Part shown: one piece after another, positions 42,012 through 55,034 of the stretch
Layout: the number at the start of each line of letters is the position of its first letter
How positions within the stretch are numbered: the first letter of the stretch is position 1
Assembly (NCBI GenBank): GCA_021613535.1
Contig: CP075492.1
Coordinates: 15,376,001-15,440,000 of the forward strand
Length of the DNA stretch: 64,000 nt
Reading direction: 5' to 3'
Source of the DNA: Adineta vaga
Taxonomy: Eukaryota > Animalia > Rotifera
Program-made: the position numbers and the translations under genes
Notes under the pieces: generated by a model
Told to the model about the DNA's origin: nothing
The model's database searches: none
Seen by the model: the letters and a program-made list of their open reading frames with translations, nothing else

Positions 42012-43148
42012 ATTTACGTATTTTTAGTAGAATGAAATGATTATAATGTCGACTGAATTGTTGTGGGTATTTATAGTTATGCATATTCTCTGTTCTTTAA
42101 CAAACGATCGAGGGAAATAGAGAGATAGGGATTAGATATTTCTTTTCTATTTTTCGTCGGTTATGTTGACTGAACAAATCGTATATAAAAAGAATGATAT
42201 AGTGTTACAGTGATCCAACTGTAACAAGTCCAATCAAATCAAAGACGAAAATACTCTGAAACACTCCTTACGAGATATATTACGTCCACACACGCAAAGA
42301 AGATAACACATAGTCATCTTATTCACGAACTATGAAACATGATTCTCCTGGACGAAATAGAAAAGAAAAAAAAGATTGACCTAGATATTAGACGAATGAA
42401 ATGGATAGATTTAAAAGGACAAAGTATATATGCGCACATATAGAAAATGAATTTTCTATGTTTATGCTCTAAAATATATAGTTTTCGTGATTGTGAAATA
42501 GGTTATAGATGCTGCTAGAATTTTATAAATATCTTTTGAATATATATATCATTGTCAAAATTCAATTTTATATTGGTATACCAACTAATACAGTTATTTG
42601 ACTTGACAATCACATTTTTTTTATAACAAATTATAACATGAATACCTTCCGGATGATGTTGACAAGTTGTAACAGAATAACTAAGTCGAATTTGCTTTTC
42701 ACAATCCAATACGAATAAATTATTATAGTTCACAAAAAAGACATCTAACTCGGATTACATTGTATATGCTTAAGAAAGGGAAAGGGTAGGCAGAAGATTG
42801 AAAAATTCCTCGACTTTATTTCTAAGACATTGGAGAATGATTGAGTCACTTTAGTTCTGCAGCGGATTTGTTAAGTACCACTGATAAAGCTCAATCTCAT
42901 TTCTGTCGGACTGAACTGCGTGCATCCCTGTCTGTCATCTGACATATCAATCATGTTACTTCGTGGTGTATGTTCACGACTTCTGATCGATGATTCACAT
43001 GTTCAAATCTGTTTCTCGTCGTGAGAGTAAAAAATTCAGTTCATTTGCCTAAGTAGGCTAAGACCATCCAAATGTAATGTTGATGGTGACTCTGTTCGAA
43101 TCTGAGATGAATTGATTTATTTTTTTGCCTAATTTTAAAATTTAACAG

Positions 43149-43368
43149 AAACGCGTTTGAACGCATTTCTCCTTGATCGCGTCTAGACGCAAGGAATGTT
43201 TCAATGACGACGCGGTTTGAATCTGAATCGCATTCAGACGCAGTTTGAATTCGAACCGCGTTCAGATGCAACTAATTTTTTGAGCGCGTAAGAAAGTCAG
43301 GAATGTTTCATCTACGCTGCGTCTCGCTGCGTTCTGATTGCTGTAATCTAGACGCGACTAAGACGCGT
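43149..43368. repeat. CpG-rich block of short ACGCG/GACGC motifs, probable transposon remnant
   Basis: About 10 ACGC(G)/GCGT motifs on both strands and local palindromes (AAACGCGTTT, GCGTCTAGACGC) in an otherwise AT-rich background. Confidence 0.35.
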
Positions 43369-43571
43369 ATTGACACAAAAAATATCTACATATGAGAGAG
43401 ACGTTCGTTTCTTGTTCTTTCATTCGTTAAAATAGCAAATTTTGTTTGTATGAATTCAGAGAGAGAATTAAAAGGTTTCTTGCAATCACGTTCTGTGTAT
43501 ATTGAAGACACAAACATAAAAATAATAATTTTTTTTTCTAGTTTTTCTCTGTAAGCTTTGCAGTTGAAAAG

Positions 43572-45217
43572 ATGTGTGCAACTCGTCGTAACATCGATAA
43601 CGACAGACAGGCATCTTCCGATGTATACCGAAAAATAGCTTTAGTAATCGGAAATGGGCTCTATCATAGAAATTCAAAATTGGAAAATCCAGTGAATGAT
43701 GCAAATGATATGTCTAATGCCTTACAATCAATTGGATTCAAGGTTTCGAAGGGTATAAATCTGACATGTAATCAGATGCAGTCTTCTGTGAACAAATTTA
43801 TTGATAGTATTCAATCAACTGATTTGGCTTTATTTTATTTTGCCGGTCATGGTACACAATGGGAAGTAAGATAAAATCTTTACATGATAACAACTTTTCA
43901 GCTATGATATTATTTTATTTCGTCTAGGATCAGAATTTCTTGGTGCCATGTGATGATGAAAATTTAAGTGGCGAAAACATTACTCGTTATGCCATTAATG
44001 CTCAACATGTTCTCAAACATATGAGCGATCGTAAACCATTTGCTACTGTGTTCTTACTAGATTGCTGTCGTACTTATTGGTTACGCAGTTCAGGACTTAG
44101 TCGTGGTAGTGGTTCAGAAACACGAGGTCTTGCACCTATGTATGCAACAGGAAATACATTCCTTAGTTTTGCTTGCGCACCCAATCAAACATCATCGGAT
44201 GGTAATAGAATCGATAAAAATGGTACATTTACTAAACACCTTCTTCGATATATTAAAAAACCGAATGAACAGCTTCAAGATCTAATGATAGATGTCAATC
44301 GTGCTGTTGTCAGCGAAACGGGTGGTGCACAAGTACCTTGGCAACATATGTCACTGACTCATAGAGACATTTATCTTGCTCACAATGTCGGTGGTAATAG
44401 TAATGATAAAAATGATATTAATGAAGGTAGTGATGATGCAGACCGTAGCGATGAGGGTGAGTATGTCAATACATTGACAATCATATTTATATCGACTCTG
44501 AAAATAGCATTATACTAATTTCTATGTATAATAGATACACGCATAAACCACCAGCATACGTTTTCTACGCAATCGCCGGATGCATTCTTCTCGAAGCCAA
44601 TGCAAGGTTTTCCACCAAGAAACAATGTACAAGTGAAACATTCGTTTCATTTCAGTTCTAGTACGAAAAAGTTTTTTACTAAAACCTAATTTTCATGGAA
44701 AATACTACTGTATTTATACCTAGACGTGCTTCGAATATGAACTTGAATTCGACATTTATTCTGCAAAGGAAATCAATAGCGAGTCTTCAAACAGTGTCCT
44801 ATATTTTCCTTTCGAAATATGCTAGAAGTAGTAAAGAAACCCTGAAAATCAAAAAGTTTGAGTACGAGGAGTTTTTCAGTGCAGTATTTTCTTTAACAAG
44901 TCATTCCAAGAAAATGTAATGTCGGTAAATTCTCATGCCAAAGATAAAAGCACGATGCAGACGTTTGATATTTAGGAAGAGTATAGATTTTGAAAATCTC
45001 TGTGCAATCAATTTTTTAGGTGGATACAATAATAGTTCCGGTAGATATCATCGTGAATTTCATGGAGAAACAGACGGTAAGAAATGACGTTCATTTATAA
45101 TTTCTCGTTCATGTACTATTTCTTTGTGTTTATACAGGTGGTGATGGAAACTCTTTAATCAAGCAGGCAGAAAGAGATCTTCAATGGGATATCGATGGAG
45201 ATGGAAGAATCGGATAA
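43572..45217 (+). CDS. Peptidase C14 caspase-like protein (bacterial orthocaspase/metacaspase style); 3' exons uncertain
   Basis: Motifs ALVIGN, LENPVNDA, FYFAGHG (His), LDCCR (Cys), FACAP, NGTFT and QVPW. Introns at ~43866-43928 and 44457-44534. The gene stops at 44689 or continues via exons 45020-45076 and 45138-45217. Confidence 0.85.
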
Positions 45218-45885
45218 ACAACTAATTGAAAAACAATAATAATGAACTTGATGACATATATTAAATCAGTTATAAATTTACTCTGTTTTGGAAAAACTAA
45301 CAGTATTTTATAGCGATCAATAAATAAATATATTTTTCAAACAGAAAACCTCTCACTGTGAGTGATACAAGTTGAAAATAAAAATTATTTATCAGTTACT
45401 TTCTCCTTTCATTACTATAACGCACATAAACTTCTCGATAGAAAAACAACAACAACATATTTTTATGAGTTTGTCACTCGACGGATGGTAATGCAGTGAT
45501 ACAATGGGAAAAAAAGAATGCTTTCTTTAAATCAACATTATTTTTTCCCATTAGTAATGTTTGATTTATCACAATCATTTGAAATTATAATGGACAAATG
45601 AATCCATTTGAGCAAATGTCTTTGTATACAGAATAGAATGAATGCAAATTTGACGTATATATTAGTCATTCTCCTTTTGCAATATATGAAGAAAATTCAG
45701 AGATTGGTTTTTTTCCTGATTAGTGGGAAAAAACCTTAAAAGAGAGAGCACATATTATCGTATTGCGATTACAAATAAGTCACATTATTGTGAGATATCG
45801 TATGATAGACAAAAAACAAAACACAACGTCAGAACATTATTCATTACGTGTGTTATCGACGAAATAACATACATTAATATCTGAG

Positions 45886-48540
45886 ATGTCTTTTGCCGAC
45901 CGAAACTCTTAATCATATTTTCGATTATCTCGATGTCCAGACGATTCTTTTCTCTGTTCGTCCTGTTCGCAAATGGTTTTATGAAGGTGTCAATAGTTAT
46001 AATAACTTTGATCTAAAACTTGATTCGTTTGATGAATCTAAACTCAAACTCTTCTCTCGCCTTATTAAACCTGAACAGATCATCGGACTGGCTCTTTCCA
46101 AACGCAATCAAATGCGTTGTAATATCGATCGTTTCTTTTCTGGTCTTGGTCTCAGTCAATGTACTCAATTACGAATGTTGACAATTTATAATTCAAAAGA
46201 CACTGACTTACAATATTTCTTACGAAGCATTACTAACCATTGTTTAACATCATTGAAAATAGATCTATCGGAAGATCCACATTTTAGTCAAATAACTCTT
46301 CGTTTAATTTCATCAATTCTTGCTCAACATTCTCTTCGTAAACTTCATTTATAATATCATTTTCCTATGACTGAAAATATCATTTTACCAGTTCAATGTT
46401 CATTGAATTATTTATGTATTTCCTATTGTACTACGAATGAATGCCTAACCGTTCTTACTCAATGTCCATATATACAAACATTTATCATTAGATATCACAT
46501 AATTCATATTAATGATAGTTCACAAATTTTACAATCTAATAATAAACCAAATCAACAATTAAATCGTTAGATTATCAATGGTTGTCAACTATCAACCAAA
46601 TTTTTTGAATTCTTGTTTTCATTAACACCTTCACTTGTATGTCTCGAACTAGTCTCGAATAGAGATCAATATGATGCTGTTTTTAATGGTTCATTTTGGA
46701 TGAATCTTATTCAAAGCAAAATATCATCTTTAACTGATTTTACGTTTTACTTCAATTGCCATATTCGAAATACTGATCGTTTTCCTCGTATTCATTTTAT
46801 ACTCCATTTTGGCTCAATAATAAACAATGGTTCGTTACATGTGATGTTGCTCTAGACACATCGAAAATCACTCTGCATACATCACCATTCTTGACATTCT
46901 AGAAGAAGATTATGATTCACCATGATCCTTTATCAATGAGTAGAAATGCGTATTCTTTTGATCAATATCCAAGTAATAATACAATCAATGTTAGTCGAAT
47001 AAGTGTACGTATTTATACTTCTTATGAGTATAAATCAATTGTTTTTATATGATATATAGACTCTAAATCTTTCATATGAGAAAATTAGTGGAAGAATAGC
47101 ACACTGTCTTGCTGATTTATTGCAAGATAATACAGTAATATTGATCGTTGTATTCATCTTTCTATTATTTATCTGTATATTTCATATAGATATTTGAGGC
47201 AATGAATTTTAATTTGAGTCAAATTGGACCATCAGAAATACAGCATTTAGCTGCATTATTATACGAGATTATAGAGTAATTATTCGACGATTTCAATCCT
47301 CCCATGTCGTTTTCATGGATTTTGTTTTCTACAGATATTGACAACGCTTCATCTTCGAGGTAATCCGATTGGATCACTTGGAACTGAATATCTTGCTAAT
47401 GCACTTGAAAACAACACGGTAATTCATTTTCATCTTTCTTGCTTCTAGTTTGAATATTTTTCTATCATAGACATTAGTGGAACTCATTCTTCTTGTCAAC
47501 CAAATGGGTGTAAGAGGAGCACAACACGTTACCAGTTTCTAAGAAAGAAATACGGTAGTTCATTCATGGTCTTTTACTATTTTTTATATTTGATTGCACA
47601 CTTTTAAATAGACATTGGAAAGACTCAATTTACGATTCAATCAGATAGGAGGATTAGGAATACAATACCTTGCTGAAGGATTACAAAACAATTCAAATCC
47701 AGTAATATCTACTTTGAACTTATTCTTCTCATATATGTACCATTGATCTTTGTAGAAATTAGATATTCTTGATCTTCAGGATAATGATTTCGGGACTCTA
47801 AGTGCAGAATATCTTGCAAATTTACTATGTATTAGTGAAGCAATTCTTAAGTTTTTCTATATATCTTTTCTATCTACTTTTCTCTAGACATTGACTGTAC
47901 TCAAAATTGGTGATAATCAAATCGAAGATCTAGGAACAGAGTATATTGCCAATGCATTACATCGTAATAAAGTAAATTACTTATTTCATATAGTAACTTT
48001 TCATTTCAGTCTTTCTTCTGCATAGAAATTGATTACTTTGAATTTATATAACAATCAAATAAATGTCTCCGGAGCGAAACATCTCGCTATAGCATTAGAA
48101 AATAATCAAGTAATTCTCATCGATATATGTTGATTATACATTTATATATGTCTATATAGATATCAAAAACACTTGAATTAGAAAATAATCAAGTTAGTAT
48201 TCAAGGAGCACAATATTTCACTGATGCATTACGAAAAAATACAGTAATTTTTCTTATCTATTCATTTTCATTATCTCTATTCATTTGAATCGTACTTTAA
48301 AGACATTAGAAATACTTGATCTTCGAACAAATCGTATTGGTGAAGAGGCATACAATATCTTGCTGATGCTTTACAAGATAATACGGTATTTTCTTCGAAT
48401 TTTTGTATTTACTCTTATTCATGTGCTTTTTGTTTCCTATTTGAATAGAGATTGATCGATCTTCGATTAACATTACCAACAGAAAATACAAACTCGCCAG
48501 TTATCAACAGCCAACGAAAAAAAGAATAACTATTCAATCT
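45886..48540 (+). pseudogene. F-box plus RNI-like LRR gene with an array of ~84-nt LRR exons, disrupted
   Basis: F-box LPTETLNHIFDYLDVQTIL. About 10 short exons such as 47335-47418 ILTTLHLRGNPIGSLGTEYLANALENNT and 47888-47971 TLTVLKIGDNQIEDLGTEYIANALHRNK. Stop at 46352 and frameshifts. Confidence 0.78.
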
Positions 48541-48564
48541 GATCTGTTTATAATTAAATGTGTT

Positions 48565-49613
48565 TTATTCATCTTCGAACCCATAATTTCCATGTACTCC
48601 ATTCAAATATTCATAAATTTCATCTTCAAATACTTCAACACATAAGCAACATCACAAATTTGCTTCGTATCTTCAATTAACACCAGGACAATATCTAACA
48701 TCGAATTTTTTTTTTCTTCTGACGAAGTTCCGTAAATTGTTCACTTTTAATCCAGCAAGAAATTTGTTGCAAGATCAGAAAATAATGTCGTCGATCGAAC
48801 GATTTGAAATGTTGAACATTATTTTCATTTTTAAATGATGATAGAACAAGATTGGGAAAAGTTAAACATTGAACTAAATCGATTGGTTCATATTCAGCTG
48901 TACATAAACTTAAGAATAAGTTAATTGTACATTTCGTTATTGTTTTGATGTCCGTTGTTGATAGAAATGACGTTTCATCTTGAGTATAAGAATTTAATAA
49001 AATAAAAAATGATGCACTTAGAAAATCTGTAACGCTAATAATTGAATAAATTTTACAACCAATGTGTTGGTATAGTTCGCATAATTGAATCCAATCTTTT
49101 TTTTAAATAATTTCTTGTTCTAATGTCCAAGAAGCTCCTTTCGTTATTGGACGATGTGGTGGTGCAGCAGCAGCAGCAGCAGCAGCATAAAGAAAAATAA
49201 TTGTTTTCGAATTGACTAAATCCATATCTAAAACTTTATTAAAATGCTATTTTTGTTGCTTCGGGATAATCAACACCACCCATTTGTTGAATATATTTCG
49301 AAGAAATGTAAATAATTTATTGATATCGTTTGTAAAACCAGAAAAGCCTGTTACTTTATGGATCGGTTGATCATAATCACGATACTCTTGAAAAACGAAA
49401 GTGAATATGATTATTTCATATCTCGTGATTTTGATGCTATATATACTTACAAAGAATAGAAATTTCTGATTTGAATTGTGTCGTTAATTTCATAATTGAT
49501 GCTACTTGATAAAGAGATACAGTGAGTGAATTTAAAAATACGCTCATGGATCCCGTAGCGTTAATTATAAATAAAATACGATAACCATTACGATCCTGTG
49601 ATGATTTAAGCAT
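48565..49613 (-). pseudogene. VWA-domain gene relic with an IBR/RING-like C-terminal remnant
   Basis: Manual translation gives RILFIINATGSMS, YRDYD, GGVDYPEA, IIFLYA(n)PPH and KDWIQLC, ending ...CCLCVEVFEDEIYEYLNGVHGNY. One intron, several stops and frameshifts. Confidence 0.6.
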
Positions 49614-50123
49614 GTCTTGAAATTTGAAGAGATCTCGTTAAAAATCGATAAATTCTGGTTGCACAGAGAAGATTTAGATAGTACCAACATTTCCCTTTTC
49701 TGCGTTATCATCTACTAAATGACGTCATATGATGCAATAAAATCGATCGAGCTTTTATTATCTTCATATATGAATGATTGTCCTAGAACGGATGCTTTGT
49801 ATTGCTTTCAGAGAAAATAAAATTCAGTTCATTTGTATGTTATATGAAAGCTCCTTTTTTTCAATAAGGATGACAAACTATTGAATCAGGAAAGAGTGTT
49901 TTTACCCACTGCAAAAAGTTGCGAATGCATCTAATCATTGTTTTTTTAATACAATATAGTAAAAGTAAACAGAGAACGAACAGAACAGAACAGAATGTAT
50001 TATTCCATAGTAACGTCATCAGTTGACACAATACATATTGTAATGGGAAAAATGCAGCAACATCTGTGTTTTTAAATTCGACAACACGAAGAGAATTTTA
50101 AAATTTCACGAAATTTCTCAACA

Positions 50124-51424
50124 ATGGTGACCAACTGTAAGTTTGAGTATATGGACACGATGATTGACGAAGGATTAAAATGCCATCTGTGTAAAAATCC
50201 TTTTATCGATCCAGTTTCAACGCCATGTCAACATGCATTTTGTCGTCAATGTATTAACAGTAAACTTCTCGATGAACCATCGTGTCCGGAATGTCATCAA
50301 TCACTATCATCCACGAGTTTATTTCCGATGGTTCTTTTCGTATGTAAAATGCTCGATAATCTGTCGGTAAAATGTGTTGGTTGTGGACAAACTGGAATCA
50401 AGAGAAGTCAATTTGATGATCATATTGAACAAACATGCCCAAAAACATTGATTTCTTGTTCAGCTGCTGATATTCGTTGTCTTTGGAAAGGACGAGCGAA
50501 TCAGCTTAAACTTCATGAAGCTTCATGCGATTATGAACGATTACGAACGGTACTTACGGAGCTGATTACTGAGAACAAGACACTCAAGGAGGGAAACTAT
50601 TTACATAAGAAATCTAACAATAGTTCAGTTGATTCTATTGGAGATACAGCAACAATGGCACAATTGAAAGACGAAGTTAACTTTATGCGAGGTAAATGCT
50701 TTATTTCTAAATTAAAATCCTCGTGATGGAATTCAGAAAACTTGACTAAATTTTTATGATTTTAGACTTAATTTGTCATCGAAATGAAGTATTAGAAGAA
50801 AAAATCAAACAATACCCATCCTACTCATCAATCGATTTGCGTCAACAAAACTTGACCGACTTCGATATGGGAATTCTCGTTCAAAAGGCCATTATTGATC
50901 GTCAATGCATTGTACTTCAATTGCAAGCCAATAGAATTACTGATCGTGCCATGCCACTTCTGGCACATGGTTTATCTGATAATATGTCAATGACAAAACT
51001 AAATCTTAATCATAATCCAATCGGTGATAATGGTGTTCGTTTATTAGTAAATGTCTTTGCTACGAATAGAACGAATATCGAAAAATTATATCTTTGTAAT
51101 ATTCAGCTTACTGATCATGGAGTATTTTATTTAGCTGAAATGCTAGAACACAACACTACATTGAAATCTCTCGGTATCTTTCAAAATCTTTTTAGTGATC
51201 ACGGAGTAGAAGAATTAGCACGTGTACTCGGTAAATACAATACGAGTCTTGAATCTTTGTATATGGATTCAAATGATTCAATAACAGATGGATGTGTCGA
51301 TCATTTAATTGAAATGTTCAAGAAAAGTCAATCAATAAAAGGAATCGGTCTGAAACAATGTGGTTTGAGTGCACGTGGTCTACGACGTCTTAAACAAGCT
51401 GTCAATGAACGAGTACTTTATTAG
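50124..51424 (+). CDS. RING + TRAF-type zinc finger + RNI-like LRR protein, 2 exons
   Basis: Motifs CHLC..PCQHAFCRQC..CPEC and CSAADIRCLWKG...HEASC. Intron 50692-50765 joins in frame to LRRs (LNLNHNPIGDNGVRLL). Confidence 0.87.
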
Positions 51425-52562
51425 ATACTCAATTTAAACGAATCAATATCTTCTATATTTTTGAAAATGGATACAATTTCGATAATCCATTTCATTTTTT
51501 GAGAATCTGGAGGAGAATTGGGTATATATATATAGAAAAAATTCACATCTTTCTATCATTGGAATTATGTAAAGTTATGTATTATTAAAGAAAATAAACT
51601 CATTGGAATGCTTCATGTTTTTTTTCTTCAGAAGTGTATATAACTGAAATTATCTCTTCTTCATCCGTGTTTATATGATCGACATATTTTCAAAGATTAG
51701 AAAAAAAAGAATCAATATACTTTCAAATGAAACGCATACTGTATATGTAGGTATGTAAAGTAGTTATTTTTGAAACTACAAGTATTTTGATTGTGATTAT
51801 CAAATCCGATCAAAGAGCATGTTGATTAACACAAATTCATATTGTGTTTGGATTCGATAACTATTTGAAATCAATTCTTTGGAGATGATTATGATCTACT
51901 AGTATATCACTGCATGAAATTAACCAAAAACATCATAAGAGAAATCATAGATAAAAACAAGTCAAATAACGGGTTTTTTTTCTCTTCTCAATATTGAAAA
52001 TGAGAATCTAAATCAACACATTCCGTTATTAGAAATTTGACTTTAAACAAACTGAAAGTGCACATATTCATTATGATATAATTGTTTATCAGAACCAAAA
52101 AAAACATGTGAGAATATTATTAATACAATACTGATCATATTCTCATGTAGTCAACTTTATCTATCAAAATTAGAATGCCAATAATGTATGTGTAAAAAAG
52201 AATGATATTTGATATTTTCTCTGTTTGTAGATCAAATTAAGTAGAGTCTACTAAATGAACTCATTTACTTTTAAGTCAATTTTTATTTTATGAAAAAAAC
52301 AATAAATTGTTATTGACTTTTCTTTAAATTAATAATTCAACAAATTTTAATGAATAGAATTAACTAAGTAAGATTTGTTTTATATTGATTTACTTTTTTC
52401 TATGGAAATACATTCAGATAAAAATATTCAGAGTGCCAGAGAATAAAAAAAATTAAAAATATTTCGTGTGGGAAATATATTTCTCTTCGTTAGGCACATA
52501 AAAAGATTGTACTTTCTGATTCTTTTTTTATAACTATCTATTTTATATGAGAAGAATTTCTA

Positions 52563-55001
52563 ATGAGAGACTATTCCATTATTGTAATACTAAGTTATCT
52601 AATTAGTATTGATTGTACTCGCCTTCGAAATCTTGATAAAGTCAATAGTCAAAGAAATGGTAAGTTGAGAATTTTTGAGGATTTCTTTGTCTAATACTTT
52701 GTTTCAGAAATTCTATTAGAAGAAAGATTCTCTTATGAAAAGAATCATGAAAGTCTTCTAGGACGCACACGGCGATCATTCGAAGTAAGTTACGTGGATA
52801 TTTTTGATTAAGAAAATTCTATTTTTGTTTTATTTTAATAAAACGAATCAAAGGATTCACATGAAAATCAAGGATATTTTAACATCTATGTTCGTGAATC
52901 ATGTGACGATGATGATGACAATCGAAATGCAAGAAAAGAAATACGTTTTCCCTATGCACGATTTGATCGTCGTCAATATAGTACGAAGATTTTATACTCA
53001 ATTGAAATGGATGGGAAAGAAAAAAATTTTATCTTTAGAATTATCAAATTCATGGATTAAATATTCACGTTATACACATGTTTATGTGAATCGAATCACT
53101 CGACAAACAATGATATATTCACCATCAGGAGGTGTGTAATCATTTCAAAAAAAGCATTCTTCGTATTAATCTGATATTCTTTTGTAGCTTATCTTATTCC
53201 ACCGATGGTAAATTTTAATGGAAACGTTATACCAGTGGCACGATTGTTAGCATATGGATATGCGACTTTACTTTCAAATGGCCAACCTATGGCACCTAAC
53301 TTTGATGTTCAATTTTTCATGGAAGCATGGAAAAGTTAGTATACTTATTAACATAGTTTTATTGAAGATTTGAATCATTTCTTTCTAACACAGATAATAA
53401 TCCGCAAATGCGCAGATATAATCATCCACGGCATGCTCTTGCCCAAAGTGTTCGTTCTGAATTTCAATCAAGCTTTGAAACTAGTTGTGGCGGTGACGAA
53501 AACAACGAAGCTGCTTATCGTAGGGACGAACAAGTTGAAAAATATGCTTCAAAATCAGGACAAAAAGAAAACACATTCAATTACAAATATGGTATGTATT
53601 CTGTTTTATTCTATTCAGAGGTAATCCTTAAACTCGGACATCCAACTATCGCAAACAGTATACACTTCATACGAATCTACTTTCCTACGGTCTTGAAACT
53701 TTTAAAATGAAACTAAAAAACCCAATAGAATAAGTTTCATATGTCTCTGACTCCAATACAGCAAAACCAATCTTTCAGATAATCATTGATTCAGAAAGTT
53801 CCAAACACATAATCATCTAATACTATTAACTAATATACAAATCGTGAAGGGAAACACATCAGTGAGACCCATAATTTTTAGCCTCCTTAACTTTCCTAAC
53901 ATCTCTAAACTATCGACTTCAGAGGCGATCATTCGAACACATCTAACTTACTATTCTCATTTACAGCAGAGTACAGGCCACGTAAACGCCCAAACCAACA
54001 GCCTAGGAGGACTCACGCTAAAACAACAATACGAACCACTACTAAACCAACAACGAGAAAGCAAACAACTATCCCAACTACCACCACAACTACTACAACT
54101 ATCCCAAGTACCACCACAACTACTACAACAACTATCCCAACTACCACAACAACAATACGAACCACTACTAAACCAACAACGAGAAAGCAAACAACTATCC
54201 CAACTACCACAACAACAATACGAACCACTACTAAACCAACAACGAGAAAGCAAACAACTACCCCAACTACAACTACAACAAGAAGACTCACCAAAAGAAC
54301 AACCACAACTACGCCAACAACAGCTGAATCCACCACATCAATTGAATCCACAACAACAACAACAACAACAATAACAGAATCCACCACAGCAACTGAATCC
54401 ATCACAGAGTACGGCAACAGAATCCACCACATCAACTGAATCCACAACGACAACAGAATCCACCACAACAACAAAGAGAAGTACGGCAACTGAATCCATC
54501 ACAACAACAAAGAGTACTACGGCAACAGAATCCACCACATCAACTGAATCCACAACAACAACAACAACAACAACAGAATCCACCACAACAACAAAGAGTA
54601 CTACGGCAACAGAATCCACCACATCAACTGAATCCACAACAACAACAACAACAACAACAGAATCCACCACAACAACAACAACAATAACAGAATCCACCAC
54701 AACAACAAAGAGTACTACGGCAACAGAATCCACCACATCAACTGAATCCACAACAACAACAACAACAACAACAGAATCCACAACAACAACAAAGAGTACT
54801 ACGGCAACAGAATCCACCACATCAACTGAATCCACCACAACAACAACAACAACAACAGAATCCACCACAACAACAACGAGTACTACGGCAACAGAATCCA
54901 CCACATCAACTGAATCCACAACAACAACAACAACAACAACAGAATCCACCACAACAACAAAGAGTACTACGGCAACAGAATCCACCACATCAACTGAATC
55001 C

Positions 55002-55034
<33 letters not shown>

